In this document: positions 9,995-23,752 of the stretch, one piece after another | Layout of the letters: every line of letters starts with the position of its first letter | Position numbering within the stretch: position 1 is the first letter of the stretch | Assembly: GCF_006345805.1 (NCBI RefSeq) | Contig: NC_042998.1 | Span: 101,432,001 to 101,496,000 of the forward strand | Direction: 5' to 3' | DNA: 64,000 nucleotides | Origin: Octopus sinensis | Taxonomy: Eukaryota | Translations under genes and position numbers: made by a program | Notes under the pieces: generated by a model | Seen by the model: only the letters and a program-made list of their open reading frames with translations | What the model was told of the DNA's origin: nothing | Databases searched by the model: none

Positions 9995-12900
9995 GGGCTA
10001 TGTTGAGTTAATTTATTAAAATGGAAGGTAGCTGGTCATGGAATTCTGAGTTTGCTGTTAAGATGTCGGATAACTCCGGTAATGTTGGTGGTGGTGGAGT
10101 GGGAAAATCTTATAGATTGGGGGTTAAATATCTTTTTTAAGGGGGCTAGATCTAGGGAAATGTTTTTCGAGTAGGGCAAAGAAGAGGTTAGGTACACGAA
10201 TCTGAACATTAAGGGTGAGGGGTGGGGTGGAATCAGATAGTGTCCCGGGTTCTATTTCTTTTAATCCGAATAGGGGTGTTACCTGGGTGGGGGTAGGGTT
10301 TTGGAGATGTACGCTGGTGTCTCATTCGATGAGTTGTGATGTAAATAGGATTTAGGGCCATCTGGTAGGAGGGTTGTTTCTTAGGTCGTCTGTTACTCTG
10401 ACATTTTGACGGGTATTGGAGGGGTGGTATAGGGGGGATTTTACTATATGGGGTTGCGGAGATGTTTTCAGTTCTGGGTTTAATGGAGAGAGGGCATAAT
10501 TGTAATATTCAGCGTATTGATCGAATAAATCCTTAGCAGATAGTGAGGAAATTCAGTAGGAAACGCTTTCCACGATAAAGTCGCTGGCCTCCATGAGGAT
10601 TTCCTATTGTACAGTATGATATTTTGGCGGGCTGCTTACATTATATCAATACCGTGACGAAATAGGCTGGAATGTTTTTTGGTGAAAATTAGAGCCTTAT
10701 TTAGAAGGATAGGAGATATGCTGAAGTAGTATTGATCGATGTCGACTTCTATAAAATTAAAGGTGTGCTTAGGGCATAGAGAGTTGAACCACTGGATAGC
10801 TTCAGGGATTTTGGTTCATTGTTTTAACGTAGATGTGATGGAAAGTTGGGGTATCATTCGATCGATTATAATTTTGCTGATCTTACCTATATCGGAGCTG
10901 GAGGGGCAGATGAGGTGAACGGAGGGGTCTGCTGCGAAGTTTTCTTTGTGATCCTTTAAACCGATATAAGGTGGGGGAGGTGTGGTAGATTCGGTCCTAT
11001 CCTCAAGTCCAAGTTTCAAAACGATATCTCTATTTTTGCAGTTGATTTCTTATATAGCCGAATCAAGTACAATTCTTTTGTGCTTGTGTAGTTGCTTGAG
11101 CATTAAATCTCGGTATTTGTCCAGGGAAACATTGTATAAATTGCTTGTCATATCAGCATGGACGAGGATTCCTTTGTATCTCTGAATTTTCTGGATAATT
11201 TTATCGATTTTGGTTAGGTGGGGGTAGTTCGCTTTTCTTTTGGGCTTAAATTTTATGTTTTTGACCATATTCGAAATTGTCGAGGTGTCGGTTAAGAGGT
11301 GGGTTTTTGCGGGATGTCAATTCATGGAGTAGGGCTTGGTGGCTTAGATTATCAGAGTTTGTCGTGGAGTTGCAGAGAGAGAAGAAAGCTTCCATTGCAT
11401 CTGTCGAATCAATTCGTTTATAGGGTGAATAATGAATTTCATGTACTCAGTTTTGTTGGTAAGTGGCATATCCTTAAGCGACAAGTTTAGTTTTATTTTC
11501 TCTACTTCTGTGTCTTCCACAAAATTAGCGTTCACTAAATTAAGAACAAGTGATATATAACATCCAGGGATCGAGGAGTAAGTTAGCTTCAAGCGATCCG
11601 AAGTAAGTAAAACACATTTCAGGGACAATATTGGTTTATTGAGACGGAAGGTTCTGAATATTTTTTCGTATCGAAGCACGATAAACTGAAAACAGTTCTT
11701 TTTATATTTCGCAGTATGCGACCAGGGTTGCCGGGTGTGCGAATAAGAATACAAGAATTACTGAATGGAGTAGATAAGATCCGAGCTTCTATCTATCTAT
11801 CTTTGTGGAGCATATGTAAATACATACCTCTAGACATATATATGAGTATAGAGAACATATGGTTCTTTATGTAACACATTTTTATATGTTCTATGCATGA
11901 TGCGTGTCTAGAGATGCCAATGTGTACAGTTTACATCAATATTTACATATAAGTCTGTCAATACAAACAAAGGTTATATGATGGTTAAGACCTTTATCTA
12001 TATATTACATCGATTGGAAAACGGCATAGTATAATTTATTTCAAGTAACTTAATTCAAATCTCATTGTATTTACCATTCACCTTCATATGTTACCAGTTT
12101 GATTAGTAGCGTAAACAGAAAGCATAAATCATAATATGAAATCCAGCCATCTGTTATATCGAAAAAGAAAAAACAAGCAAAAAATGTTGTGTTGCTTATA
12201 GGGACGTATTGATATTGATTGAAATGAAATATTGTTCTTGTTTTATCTCGTTTGAAAGTTGCAACAACTAGTTAAAGTAACTTGAATTTTCTTGAACAAG
12301 AATGGAAGACATCGAGCAAACAAATGATAAACTTAAATAAGTTTGTTAAAAAAAATATGGTTACACACGAGTGTCTGGCGGAAACAAAGTGTAGCAGATA
12401 TTAACTGCTAAAGAGATGACAGGATGACAGAAACTCTTTGAACTAAATAACTTCAACAAACATATTTATATGTTGATAAAACTGTCTCTTGGCGCTTGTG
12501 TGTGTGTATGTGTGTGTATGCATGTATATGTGTGTGTACGTGCTTGTATATTGTGTATATATACACACACATAAAATATGTGCTTACATGCACACACAAA
12601 GAGGCTCACATACACACATACACACGTGCGCGTGTGTGTGTATGTATGCATACATTGTATGTATGTATGTATACACATTCCAATCTTCTCCAAAACAATT
12701 GAGGAACTCCCAGTGCTCATGAATTTTGCAAGTCCCTTCCTCCTATATCTGTGGCAGGAATGTAGTTGATATTCAAATGGTACCATACGTGCGCGCGAAT
12801 TCCTTTGTCGCTCACTGCCATCTTGACTCTTCCTCGCCCCAAGAAGCAAGACCAGTTATATCCTCTTCAATCGGATCTAATTCACCCCTGCCTTTATATT

Positions 12901-13412
12901 TCGGGCGCAAAAACCTGTCTTCAGAGGAATACAGTCAAAGAAATATTTATTTATATACATCCTGCCATTTTGGATAGCCTAGTGCTCGTGCTATTAGCAG
13001 CAGCTTTCCAAATGTTGCTGTATTTGATGCTGTAGACGTCACGTTGCTGACAGCAGTGCTTGAGATGTTGAAGACTGGCTGTAGTTTCGCAGTAGTGGTG
13101 GTGAAGGTGGTTGTTCATCGTGGTGAATGCCATGGTAGCAGTGGTAGTCAGTGATGATGTTGTTTACATTGTGGCAGAGGTAAGTGTCGTGGGAGTAGTG
13201 AGTGATGGCGTCGATGGTATGTTCTTGTAATAGTCGTAGGTAGGAAGTTTGCTGGCGACCAAGAACAAACGCTCCTCGTCGCAGCAGGCCACAACGATGG
13301 TAAAGTAAATGGTGGCGAATATGGTACTGGTAGGTAACAGTGCTAGTCACTGTCATGGTGGTGAAGATACTGGTCGCAGTCGCTAAGATGTAGGGTGTGT
13401 TTGATATTATAT

Positions 13413-14340
13413 CTATAGGAGCCACCTCTTCAACACCGATCCACTATTGATTTTTGGGTTAAGACGGTGGATCAGTAAAGCTTCCTTGACACTGAGATTT
13501 TCTGTGCTCCTCCCCCAGACCACTATGGAGGCGCATATCTCTTTTGTACTGTTGCTACATTTGGTTAAGTGTTTATGGAAGTAGTCAGGTACTCTTTCAG
13601 TCAGACATGAAGCGGTCGGACCGTGTTGCCGATGTAATAACTGCCACATTTCGAACACCATATCTTATAAGCCACATACGTTTGCAGGCACATGTTCATA
13701 TTGCATATAGGGAAGTTCGGCAGTGTGCAAGGATGCTGTTCTGCGTATGACATTCTACTTGACAGGTGCTCATACAAGAAGGGTTCCAAACGAACCAGTA
13801 GGATGTCGAGGCCTTCCTTATAGAGGGCCTTACACATGGTGGAGGTATTCTCTTTCATTAAAATGAGGAATCCTCAGGAAGCAGATGTTTGTGAAGGACT
13901 CTGGGTATACGTTGATCCTAAGTATCTTTCGGAACTGTGCAACCAGTGGGTCCTGGCAGGCGCTCTCACTGCATCTCTTGTGCATGCAGGCGATCTTATA
14001 TATAGAGATGGTCTTAGAACTAATGTGGAGAGACGTAAGGAACGAAGGATTTCGGTAGGCTGTGCCAATTTTTCCCTCGTTCGTGATGCTCAGCCGAAAG
14101 TCAAACAAGGATAGGGAACCATCACCGTTCAGGTGTTCGATGGTGGACCTAATGTGTTTGTCCATGTTATCGAAGGTTTCTAAATTTGTAGAGACATGTT
14201 CATGGTGTGAAGTGAGCATGAGGATGTCGTCCACATAACTGGTTAAGAAAGCACATGAGCGGCAGGCACAGAGTGCTCTGCATTTCAACCGGTGTAAGTA
14301 AGCTACAGCATGCAAGACTGAGAGTCTGAACCTCATAGGC
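13413..14340 (-). mobile_element. Penelope-like element PLE3 (YVDD-type RT plus GIY-YIG), 5'-truncated and decayed; a different family from PLE1/PLE2
   Basis: SYVDDIL (~14221-14240); TIEHLNGDGSLSLFDFRL; VAYKIWCSKCGSYYIGNTVRPLHV; KEALLIHRLNPKIN. Confidence 0.85.
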
Positions 14341-14559
14341 AGGACTGAACACGGCTCATATGCTTAGTCGGGGAAATTAATTTATGTGCTGGCAATTATG
14401 ACTGACAGTAGCAGGTGATATCTGCACCCCAACCCCACGCACGCAGGCACGCACACGCACATACACACACACTCACACACACACATACACACACAAACAA
14501 ACAAAAGGGTTAAGATCCCTTTGGTCATGAATGACCATGGAATTGCATCTAAAATCTTC

Positions 14560-14826
14560 CCCTCCGAGTCACAAGTCCGGGCAAGGTTGTTTATGGAAGA
14601 CCAACCGCAACCCATAAATATCGGCCTCCCCCTTCCACGCCACCGATTTTATCCAAGACGAAAGCAAAGGCTGATACAACTTGGCACCAGTGACGTCGTA
14701 AATAAATTCTACAACTCACTGAACTGGAGCAATATGAAATAAAGTGTGTTGCTCAGGAACACTACACACAGCCTGGTCTGCGAATCAAATTCATTACCTC
14801 ATTATTGTGAGTCATGCGCCTTAACA
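14560..14826 (-). mobile_element. tRNA-derived SINE, family C, degenerate
   Basis: Collinear with 47170-47457 (GGGCAAGGTTGTTTATGGAAGACC..GGCACCAGTGACGT..CTGGAGCAA..GAAATAAAGTG). Confidence 0.8.
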
Positions 14827-15423
14827 CAGATACACATACACACGGAGAAAAGAAGTGATTTCCCATGCAGGAGAGAATATAGGAGAATTTGTTTCGGGGT
14901 TTGAAAATGCACCTGCATTTTAAAACGTGTAATCGTTTCTAAATTTTGTAATAGATCTATTAAAATACCAGACCAGTTTCAACAATTTTTTGTTTATCAA
15001 TGGTAAATACCAAATAAATAAGAAGAGGATTTAGGAGAAATTAAATTTGCAAGTGAAGATTTAGAAAAAAAACATGCTTAAATAATCAATTGTCCATACA
15101 AGTTCCAATAAGTTTCCCAGAAAAAGTAAAACAAGTTGAAACGTACGATGAAGTTCATAACAGTCACATATAATTGAATGTTCAGCAATTTTGAGTTGTA
15201 TTAAGAAGTAGATACAATCAGGGGGAGAAAGAAAAGATTTTTTTTACAAACATGAAGGAGAGTTCTTCGTCGCTGGTTAGGCTGCTGAGAGTTCGATATT
15301 CTTAAAGTCAAACTTACTTTGTATGTATGTATGTATGTATGTTTGTATGTATGTATGTATGTATGTATGTATGTATGTATGTATGTATGTTTGTATGTAT
15401 GTATGTATATAAATATGCATATA

Positions 15424-15470
<47 letters not shown>

Positions 15471-15878
15471 GTATATATATATATATATATACATATATGT
15501 ATATATGTATATATATATATATATATGAATGTATGTGTGTGTTTTACGACAAAGGATTTTGTATGCACAATTGATCATTTAAGCATGTTTTTTCGAATAT
15601 TCCCTTGTAACCTTAACCTCCCCTCAACCCTGTTCTTTTTATATATTTTTATTTACAAAATCTTTTCGCAACCGGTATGGTATTTTGATAAATCTATTAC
15701 AAAATTTTAAAATGACAACACGCTTAGAGAGTCAGATGAATTTTCAAACCCCATAACAAATTCTCATATATATATATATATATACATATATACATATATA
15801 TATATATATATTATATATATATATATAGATAGATATACACACCTACGTATATAAATGTAAAAATATATACACACCTAC

Positions 15879-15941
<63 letters not shown>

Positions 15942-15975
15942 AATATGTATATATATATGTATATATGTATATATA

Positions 15976-16013
<38 letters not shown>

Positions 16014-16281
16014 ATATTTATATTAATGTGTGTTTTTATATATTTAAATAAATGTATGTAAATGCATATCTTTCCATACTCCCATTCATATAGACACATA
16101 CACACCCACACAGATACATGTATATATATTCCTTTCTTGCATACTTTGTTGTTTTTATATCCTCCATTTTTCTCTTCCCTCTAAATTATTTTATCTTTCA
16201 CACAGAATTCCACCTCCAGCTATGGCAAGAACCTCAAGGGTCAAGACAGAATTATACCATTTTAAGCCATTGTTCAACACA

Positions 16282-16321
<40 letters not shown>

Positions 16322-17416
16322 AACACACACACACACGCGCGTACAAACTCATACACATACACACGCACTCATAAAATTATACAAGTATATATTAAAGAAG
16401 CTTACAGAGCTAAAGTTCCTTTCCCTTTTCGACCCTAGTGAACATTTCGGAGAGCTCATAATGGAAATATGTATAAGAGTTGAGAAAAGGGGAAGCAAGC
16501 AATGGAGACAAACGACTGACGAGAAGGACGAAGAAAAGAAGAACAGGACAGAAGAGAATTGATGAAAGAAGTGATAGATGCGTTTGAGAAAAACAATCGC
16601 TGTATCTCAACATTCTATCCTACTCTTCTATTTTCATTTTTGATTTCGTCCTTTCTTTCTACCCACGTTCTTTCTTTGGCTTCTAGTATTTATGTTTTGC
16701 TTTATAAAAGGGAACACAACGAGTGACATGCAATTAGACGTTCGCAAGATACTGTTCCATAAAGAAATATATTTAACTTTACTTCCTGAAGGGGTTAGTA
16801 CATGCCTGATTTATTGTGTGAAAACTTAATCCTTCTTAAGGTTACACGGTACGACATATATGAAATAGCTTTCATTATTGTATGTTTCAGTGCTGATGCA
16901 CTTCAAACATGCACCGAACAAAGGACTCAATACAGTTAGTAGAATCAAAATATTAATTAAAAAGAAATCATTACTAGTGAACAGTTACTTTGAAATGTCG
17001 TCTGGAAGTTAGAGGAAATTGCGGAGATACAGAAGTAAAATAAATGAGAGCAATGCAGTAAAGGAAATGATTAACTTGTTCTTAGTCATCTTTGCAGTAA
17101 ATATTCTATTTTTATTTTACTGTTAAAATGAATGTCATTTAAAGAAACAAATAATAACAATGTTATATCTCAGAGTTTTGCACTTACTTTTATGAAAAGT
17201 AATACACTTTCATACATACTGATTGCATATATATATATATGTATATATAATTCCAAGAGAGTTAGATGTTGTGAATCCAACAGACTAAAAGATAATATCT
17301 ATCATATATACTGCTGGTATTATTACTACACAAGTGTTTTTTTCTTGCATGGCAATTACACTACCGAATGTAATAAATGGGTGAAGGTAAAAAGTTGTTT
17401 AATCCTTAAGTTATAC

Positions 17417-18137
17417 AGCAATAAGAAAATGGAGGGGATCAAGAGGTGGTATTCATCAACTTTTAGACATTATATTATGCCTATTTATTAATTTTTATGT
17501 TTTATTTGGTTTATTTTTCTTTCATTCCTACATAACTACAATAATCCTAAGATAGATTGATCATTTAAATTTCACTATTATTTTTCTCTTTTGATAATTT
17601 TTCCCTCTGTTTAGACTTTATCTAATAGGAATAATATAATACACCTAATAATAATAATAATTGATTCCTTTGTATGTATAGATATGCATTTATGTATATT
17701 TATGTATACGTATGTATATGTAAAAGTGTGTATATATGTATGTATTTATATTAAAACTTAACATTATGAACTTTCTAAAATCTCTGATGAAGCCCAGAGG
17801 CACACCGAAGTACCTTATTCTTATCTACCAAATACTTCAGTTCACTGAAGGGATGGAAGTAAAGTGGGGTACTATGACCTCTTCGCTGAAACAGCTGTAA
17901 GGTACTATTCTACTTCCTATGCCCCACGTTATATATTTTAATAATTACTGGTATTTTTATATATTTTATATATTATATATGTAAATCATGATATATCATA
18001 AATGTATGTATAATGTTATAATGGTTTAAAAAAATTTAAAGATAAAAATTGAAAATAAATAAATAGACAGAATATAATGTCTACCTCTTGATCCCCTCCA
18101 TGAATACCACCTCTAAATCCCCTCCATATTCTTATTG

Positions 18138-18139
<2 letters not shown>
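17417..18139. repeat. Inverted repeat pair (17417-17489 / 18057-18139) enclosing an HHR
   Basis: AGCAATAAGAAAATGGAGGGGATCAAGAGGTGGTATTCAT..TAGACATTATATT recurs in reverse complement. The right copy has an internal ~16-nt duplication. Confidence 0.8.
17780..17903 (+). ncRNA. Type I hammerhead ribozyme motif with a ~97-nt stem II
   Basis: Stem I ATCT/AGGT; CTGATGA at 17784-17790; stem II AGC/GCT plus AGAGG/CCTCT; GAAAC at 17888-17892; palindromic AGCT loop; GTA at 17897-17899. Confidence 0.75.
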
Positions 18140-18189
<50 letters not shown>

Positions 18190-18336
18190 TATTTCGTTTG
18201 GAGTTCTGTATAGTTTCACAACACATGACAAAACCAAGAAGTTGTCATCAGTGCGCTTTCTATCAATTCTATATATTAATTCTCGTCGGCATACATATGC
18301 TATTTCTGATCAGGCGCATTCCGGCGAATTAAAACA

Positions 18337-18377
<41 letters not shown>

Positions 18378-19129
18378 GTGTGTTTGTGTGTGCGTGTGTG
18401 TGTGTGTGTTGAAGAAGTGAGAAAGAAGAAAAGAGGATATAAAAATTGGCTGATATAGACGACCATTATACACGACTAAGAAAGAGATGTATCATGTCAA
18501 GTCAGACATTGCCATGCATCCCATTATATGAAAGAGATACAATTCAAAACTCGAAATTGGATGTGGTCAAGTAGCTGTTATCCCCTTTCATGTAGAACAA
18601 CCATTGTCAGAAGTTAACCGGAGAAAAGAATTAGAAATTAAAAAAGAAGAAAGACCTATCATCCGTTATCTGAACTTGTTACTTGCTACAAGTATAACCT
18701 CCTGGCGTCTATCTGAATTTACGATAATTTGTTTTCCAAATCACTTATAATTTATTTATTGTTAGTCAGGAGGGATGGTACGGGGTCTTTGAGACAGGTG
18801 AGAATCTAGGAGAAGGGAGAACAAGAGAGAGAAAGAGAGAGAGAGAGATGGAGAGGAGAGGGGGAGAAAGAACGAGAGAAAGTGAGTGAAAGAGAGAGAG
18901 AGGAGTGACAGAGTGGGGTGACAGAGAGGAGGAATGAGAGAAGGAAGGACATCGATAGGCGAAAATGTAGGATGCTGTTTGCGCTACAGATCATGTAATG
19001 AAATGGATAAGGAAATGTGTGTGTGTGTACATTTATAGGCAAACTACATACATACATACATACAAACACACATACATTAGTAGAGCTGCTGCTTTTAATT
19101 CGTAATATATATAAATAGCTATCTGTCTG

Positions 19130-19218
<89 letters not shown>

Positions 19219-19584
19219 AACGTTGATTTTTACACTAATACGGACTGCTCGAAGCTTACTAACTTCCTACTCCATGATCCTTAAATATTCGTCATATCAA
19301 ACCCAAGCTGTTTTATTTAATTTGTTAATCCGCATAATTGTCTCCATATCTGCTTACTTTCATAACTCTTTTCATCCCTCTTATAGCCATTCTTGGTCGC
19401 TCGTAAAGTTCGGAGCATTTGAGGGCTACTAAGTGTTTTCTATACCGATAACCTCTGGATCTCATTTCTTGATTATATATATATATATATATATAACGGG
19501 AAGCTTTATGAAAATAAACAAAAGACGAAGGCAGGTGGAAAACAAACGAACAATTGTATTAATATATATATATATATTATATAT

Positions 19585-19654
<70 letters not shown>

Positions 19655-19655
19655 T

Positions 19656-19934
19656 GAAAACAATTGCAGCGTGGAAGGTGTTTGTAAGCCATTTAAGAAA
19701 CACACAAAAGCCGTTCGATTCACTTCAACATTTAAGTTTAATTAGTCAAAATATTTTCGTCGCTTTAAGACCGCGACCTGTTCACTGACAAAAATCCGTG
19801 GTCAGTGAACAGGTCCCGGTCTTAAAGCGATGAAAATATTTTGACAAATTAAACTTAAATGTTTAAATGAATCGAACGGCTTTTGTGTGTTTCTTAAATG
19901 GCTTACAAACACCTTCCACGCTGCAATTGTTTTC
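19656..19934. repeat. Near-perfect palindrome, 134-bp arms, 11-nt loop
   Basis: Arm 19656-19789 versus arm 19801-19934; only a few mismatches by eye. Confidence 0.95.
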
Positions 19935-20025
19935 GTTTCAGCACACGATCTCAGATCAAATCACTTGCTATGCAAGTACATCTCCGTAAAGTATATATAT
20001 GTATGTGTATATATATATATATATA

Positions 20026-20101
<76 letters not shown>

Positions 20102-20150
20102 TATATATATATAATATATATATATATATGTGTGTGTGTGTGTATGTATG

Positions 20151-20190
<40 letters not shown>

Positions 20191-20620
20191 AATCGATATG
20201 TAACAGAAGCAACAAAATAACTCAAAGTTCAAGAGTTGAGAGTTTTCTGTGTTGGAACTTATCGAACGCACGAAACTCACGACTCATGTCCACTCTATCA
20301 GAGCGATTGCTGGAACTAGGAGGAATAATAGCCGAACAATCCTTAAATCACAATTGTCAGTCTTAACAGAACCAAGATACACTAAATAATGTACTTCCTA
20401 ATATAAAAAAAGGCATCATAGTCGGAACTAGATGATCTTTTTTTAATATGCTGTTTGATCAGATCCCATAGTAGGGGACATAAGTTAACACCATCAACTA
20501 AAATCTGTTTTAAAATATACAACAGCGAGACAAGAAATGAGAGCTGGGACCCCAACAAAGGAGAGAATGTAATAATGGCAAAAGTGTCTACTCGAATTGT
20601 GAGTGGTCTGTTTATCTATC

Positions 20621-20708
<88 letters not shown>

Positions 20709-20862
20709 CTATACACACAGACAGACACACATACATATATACATACATATACATATACATATATATATACATATATATACATATATATACATATATATTG
20801 ATAAAAACGGTAAGATAACAAAAGAAGGAAAGAGACCTCGGTATTATGTAAATAGAGGAATT

Positions 20863-21019
20863 TATCTGTAAATGTAATATGTGACAATTATTCGGTAGCC
20901 AAGATAAAACTCCGAGTTTGGGATGCCGAGGTGGTGGCGTGAGTTTTCCACATCGGCATCCGAAACTCGGAGTCTTATCTTGGCTACTGAATAATTGTGA
21001 CATATTACATTTACAGATA
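20863..21019. repeat. Near-perfect palindrome, 72-bp arms, 13-nt loop, containing the 3' half of an HHR
   Basis: Arm 20863-20934 versus arm 20948-21019. The right arm reads ..CATCC-GAAAC-TCGGA-GTC-TTATCTTGG. Confidence 0.92.
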
Positions 21020-22449
21020 TATATATATATATTAGCGAATATATAATATTATATATATAATAATAATATTAGGGAATATTATTCCAATTCATGGTCGAAG
21101 GTAAATAATACGCACATCCCGTGTTTAGGGCCGAAAACGGGTGGTGTTTTGAGGGCGAATTCTTTACCTCCGCCTATTTATGTACGTGTATATGAAAGAT
21201 AATGTGCGTGTATGAGAAAGAGAAAGTCCGATAAGCTAGAAAAGGATTTTTTTAGAATTCACGGTTTGCATCTGGGGTTGCTTTGAATGCAAATAAAAAT
21301 TCAAATTCCGGAAATAGAGCAGGTACATATCTTTCCTCGCAGAACCCCGGAAATAATATACCGTAGTTAAAGGAAGGTTACACTCTCTCACTCACTCTCT
21401 TTCTCTCTCTCTCTCTCTCTCTCACTCTCTCTCTCTCTCCCTCTGAAACACGTCCATTTCATATACATATACATCTTTCAATTTCTTCTCTCTTTTACTC
21501 TCTCCTCTCACTTCAAAGCAAATGTCGCCATTTCACTTTATCCTCTCTTTCAATTTCCGCTCTCTTCAAAGCATAAAGAAATTTTAAATGTTTACGGAAA
21601 TTAACGAACAATCATATAATCCCATATATGTGGAGTTGACAACTTTGGTTCCTCAAACAAAAGAATGTCATAAAATAACTCCCTTTGACATACACTCTAG
21701 CTAAAATGTTTGTGCGAATTATGTTATTTCTCGCAGTCTGCACGCGCAAATTTAAGGCTCAAATCCAATTGAAATTATCTTTGTGTAATTTGTGTTTGCG
21801 ATGAGCGTATTTAAAATACTGATCTTTGATATAAGCTTAAAAGAAAGTTTTCTCAGGAATCCTGTCCTTTACCTATTCTTTCCTGAATGTCCGAGGTGAC
21901 ATTTCCGCTCCTCCACCTTACTTGTTTCCTAAATTTCTTCCGATTCCGAAGTTTGGAATACAGGAAATTAGGAATTCGCCCACAAAACACGTTCTCAATA
22001 TTTTACTTTTCTCCCTCTCCACACCAAATTCACTTTTTACATTTTTCAAATATTTTTCTTGGTAATCCACGGAGAAAAAAACAAAACAGACAGTACGAAT
22101 CTTTAACATTTTTCCTCATCACCTCACCACATTCAAAAACCTACACACTCCCAATGCTTCACTTTTACCTATTTCGAAAGCGGGGAATTTTCTAAAGAAA
22201 CAATGTCGTTTACTTACTGTTTCTTGCATGTCGTATTTTCTGGTGGTGGTCTGATATTTTCAAAGTTTACAATTTCAGTAGAATTCTACGTATGAGGGAA
22301 ATATCAGATTTTAGATTTTGAAAGCGGGTAGGTGATGGGTGCGCGAAGTGGGAGAAGGAGCATTGAGTGTTTCTTTAAGAAAAGTTAAACAGTAAAATAT
22401 ATATGCATTTCCCAGATTCGTAATCTCTGTATTTTTCTATGTAGATAAC

Positions 22450-22480
<31 letters not shown>

Positions 22481-22800
22481 GAAAAAAGTTACAAATTAAG
22501 AAATTGCGGTGAGAATGGGTGAAATGTAAAGTTTGAAAACCAGATTTCTGAACAAAATCATATTAACCCCCTTTTATACGATGAAATAATATACAGTTTG
22601 TGATCCTTCTTAAGAACAGAAAGCACTTTCATGCAAACCCATGCAAATTGTACCCTCCCTCTTCGCTTTTAAATAAACAATAACTTCCATAATGCTATTA
22701 ACTCTATATCTGTGCTGATTCTGCCCATAAGTAAGGAGCAAATAATACAATGTGCCTGTAGGTCATGACATCCGGGCATATATATATATATATATATATA

Positions 22801-23627
22801 TAGGTTGCGGAGAATAAAATGTCGTCTAAATTACGCAGAAAAGGAAATAATACTAACATCTCGTTTTAGCAAATAAATTTACCAAAATTACATAGAAATA
22901 TTTTGAAATACTAAAGAGTAAATTTATTCAACAAAATCGCCATTGGCTTCAACCACAGCCTCCAGACGACTTCGGAATTTCCTGCAACTCTTCTGAAGTG
23001 TTTTCTTGTTTTAGTTGGTGAATACCGCCATAATATTCATCTTTTGTGTTACAAGGATTTCTGTTGGTTTTTCGCTGAACTGTGACCCACACATAATAAT
23101 CAAGGCGGTTGTAGCCTGGGGAGTTAGATGGCCAGATGATAGGGGTGGTATGGTCGCAGAAATTGTCTGACATCCATGACTGGGTTCTTCTGCTTGTGTG
23201 ATATGGTTCACAGTCCTGTTGCCAGACATAGGGTCTTCCAGCAGCCACCCTCTGGACCCAGGGCAGCACTACTTCCCCCAGGCACTTTATGTAGGCCACC
23301 ATGTTGAGTCTGTGGCCATCACTAGTTATCACTCCAAACACTATGAAGTTGACTGGATGTTTAATTTTCATCACTCTCAGTACATGTTCTCAGATTGCAC
23401 TGTCCTCAGATTGACTCCCAAACTCTCTGAAATGTTCGTATTGGAGTTTCCTGTGCGAATGCTAAGCAGTACAGCTGTCGTTTCCATATTTCTGGCAGAG
23501 TGAATTGCATAATGGTGCTGTTTTTCTTTCAGACGGTGCACAACTTACCCTACAAAATGAAAGACAAACAATGCGCGTGCTCGAATTTAGTAATATAAAA
23601 TGGCGACAATTTACTCATCGCATCCTA
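22801..23627 (-). mobile_element. Internally deleted Tc1/mariner-superfamily element of the maT (DD37D) type
   Basis: ORF 22949-23374 has WQQD..(37 aa)..RLDYYVW spacing. Degenerate ~28-bp TIRs (TAGGTTGCGGAGAATAAAATGTCG / reverse complement TAGGATGCGATGAGTAAATTGTCG) in TA context. Confidence 0.85.
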
Positions 23628-23640
23628 TATATATGTATAT

Positions 23641-23752
<112 letters not shown>

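Larger units (their letters stand above)
7784..11787 (-). mobile_element. Penelope-like element PLE2, near full length but decayed; RT plus C-terminal GIY-YIG; interrupted by nested insertions
   Basis: 35-bp terminal repeat at 7784-7818 and 11753-11787 (31/35 identical). RT fragments ADMTSNLY and LKDHKENFAADPSVHLICPSSSDIGKISK; linker LLEKHFPRSSPLKKIFN (~10100-10190); GIY-YIG ORF at 8489-8908. Confidence 0.88.

Noticed and set aside
12700-12960. Possible degenerate LINE 3' end on the minus strand (RPKYK..W..RWQ..HSCHR..GL)
   Set aside because: Similarity to RTE C-termini is too weak to call by eye; needs a profile search.
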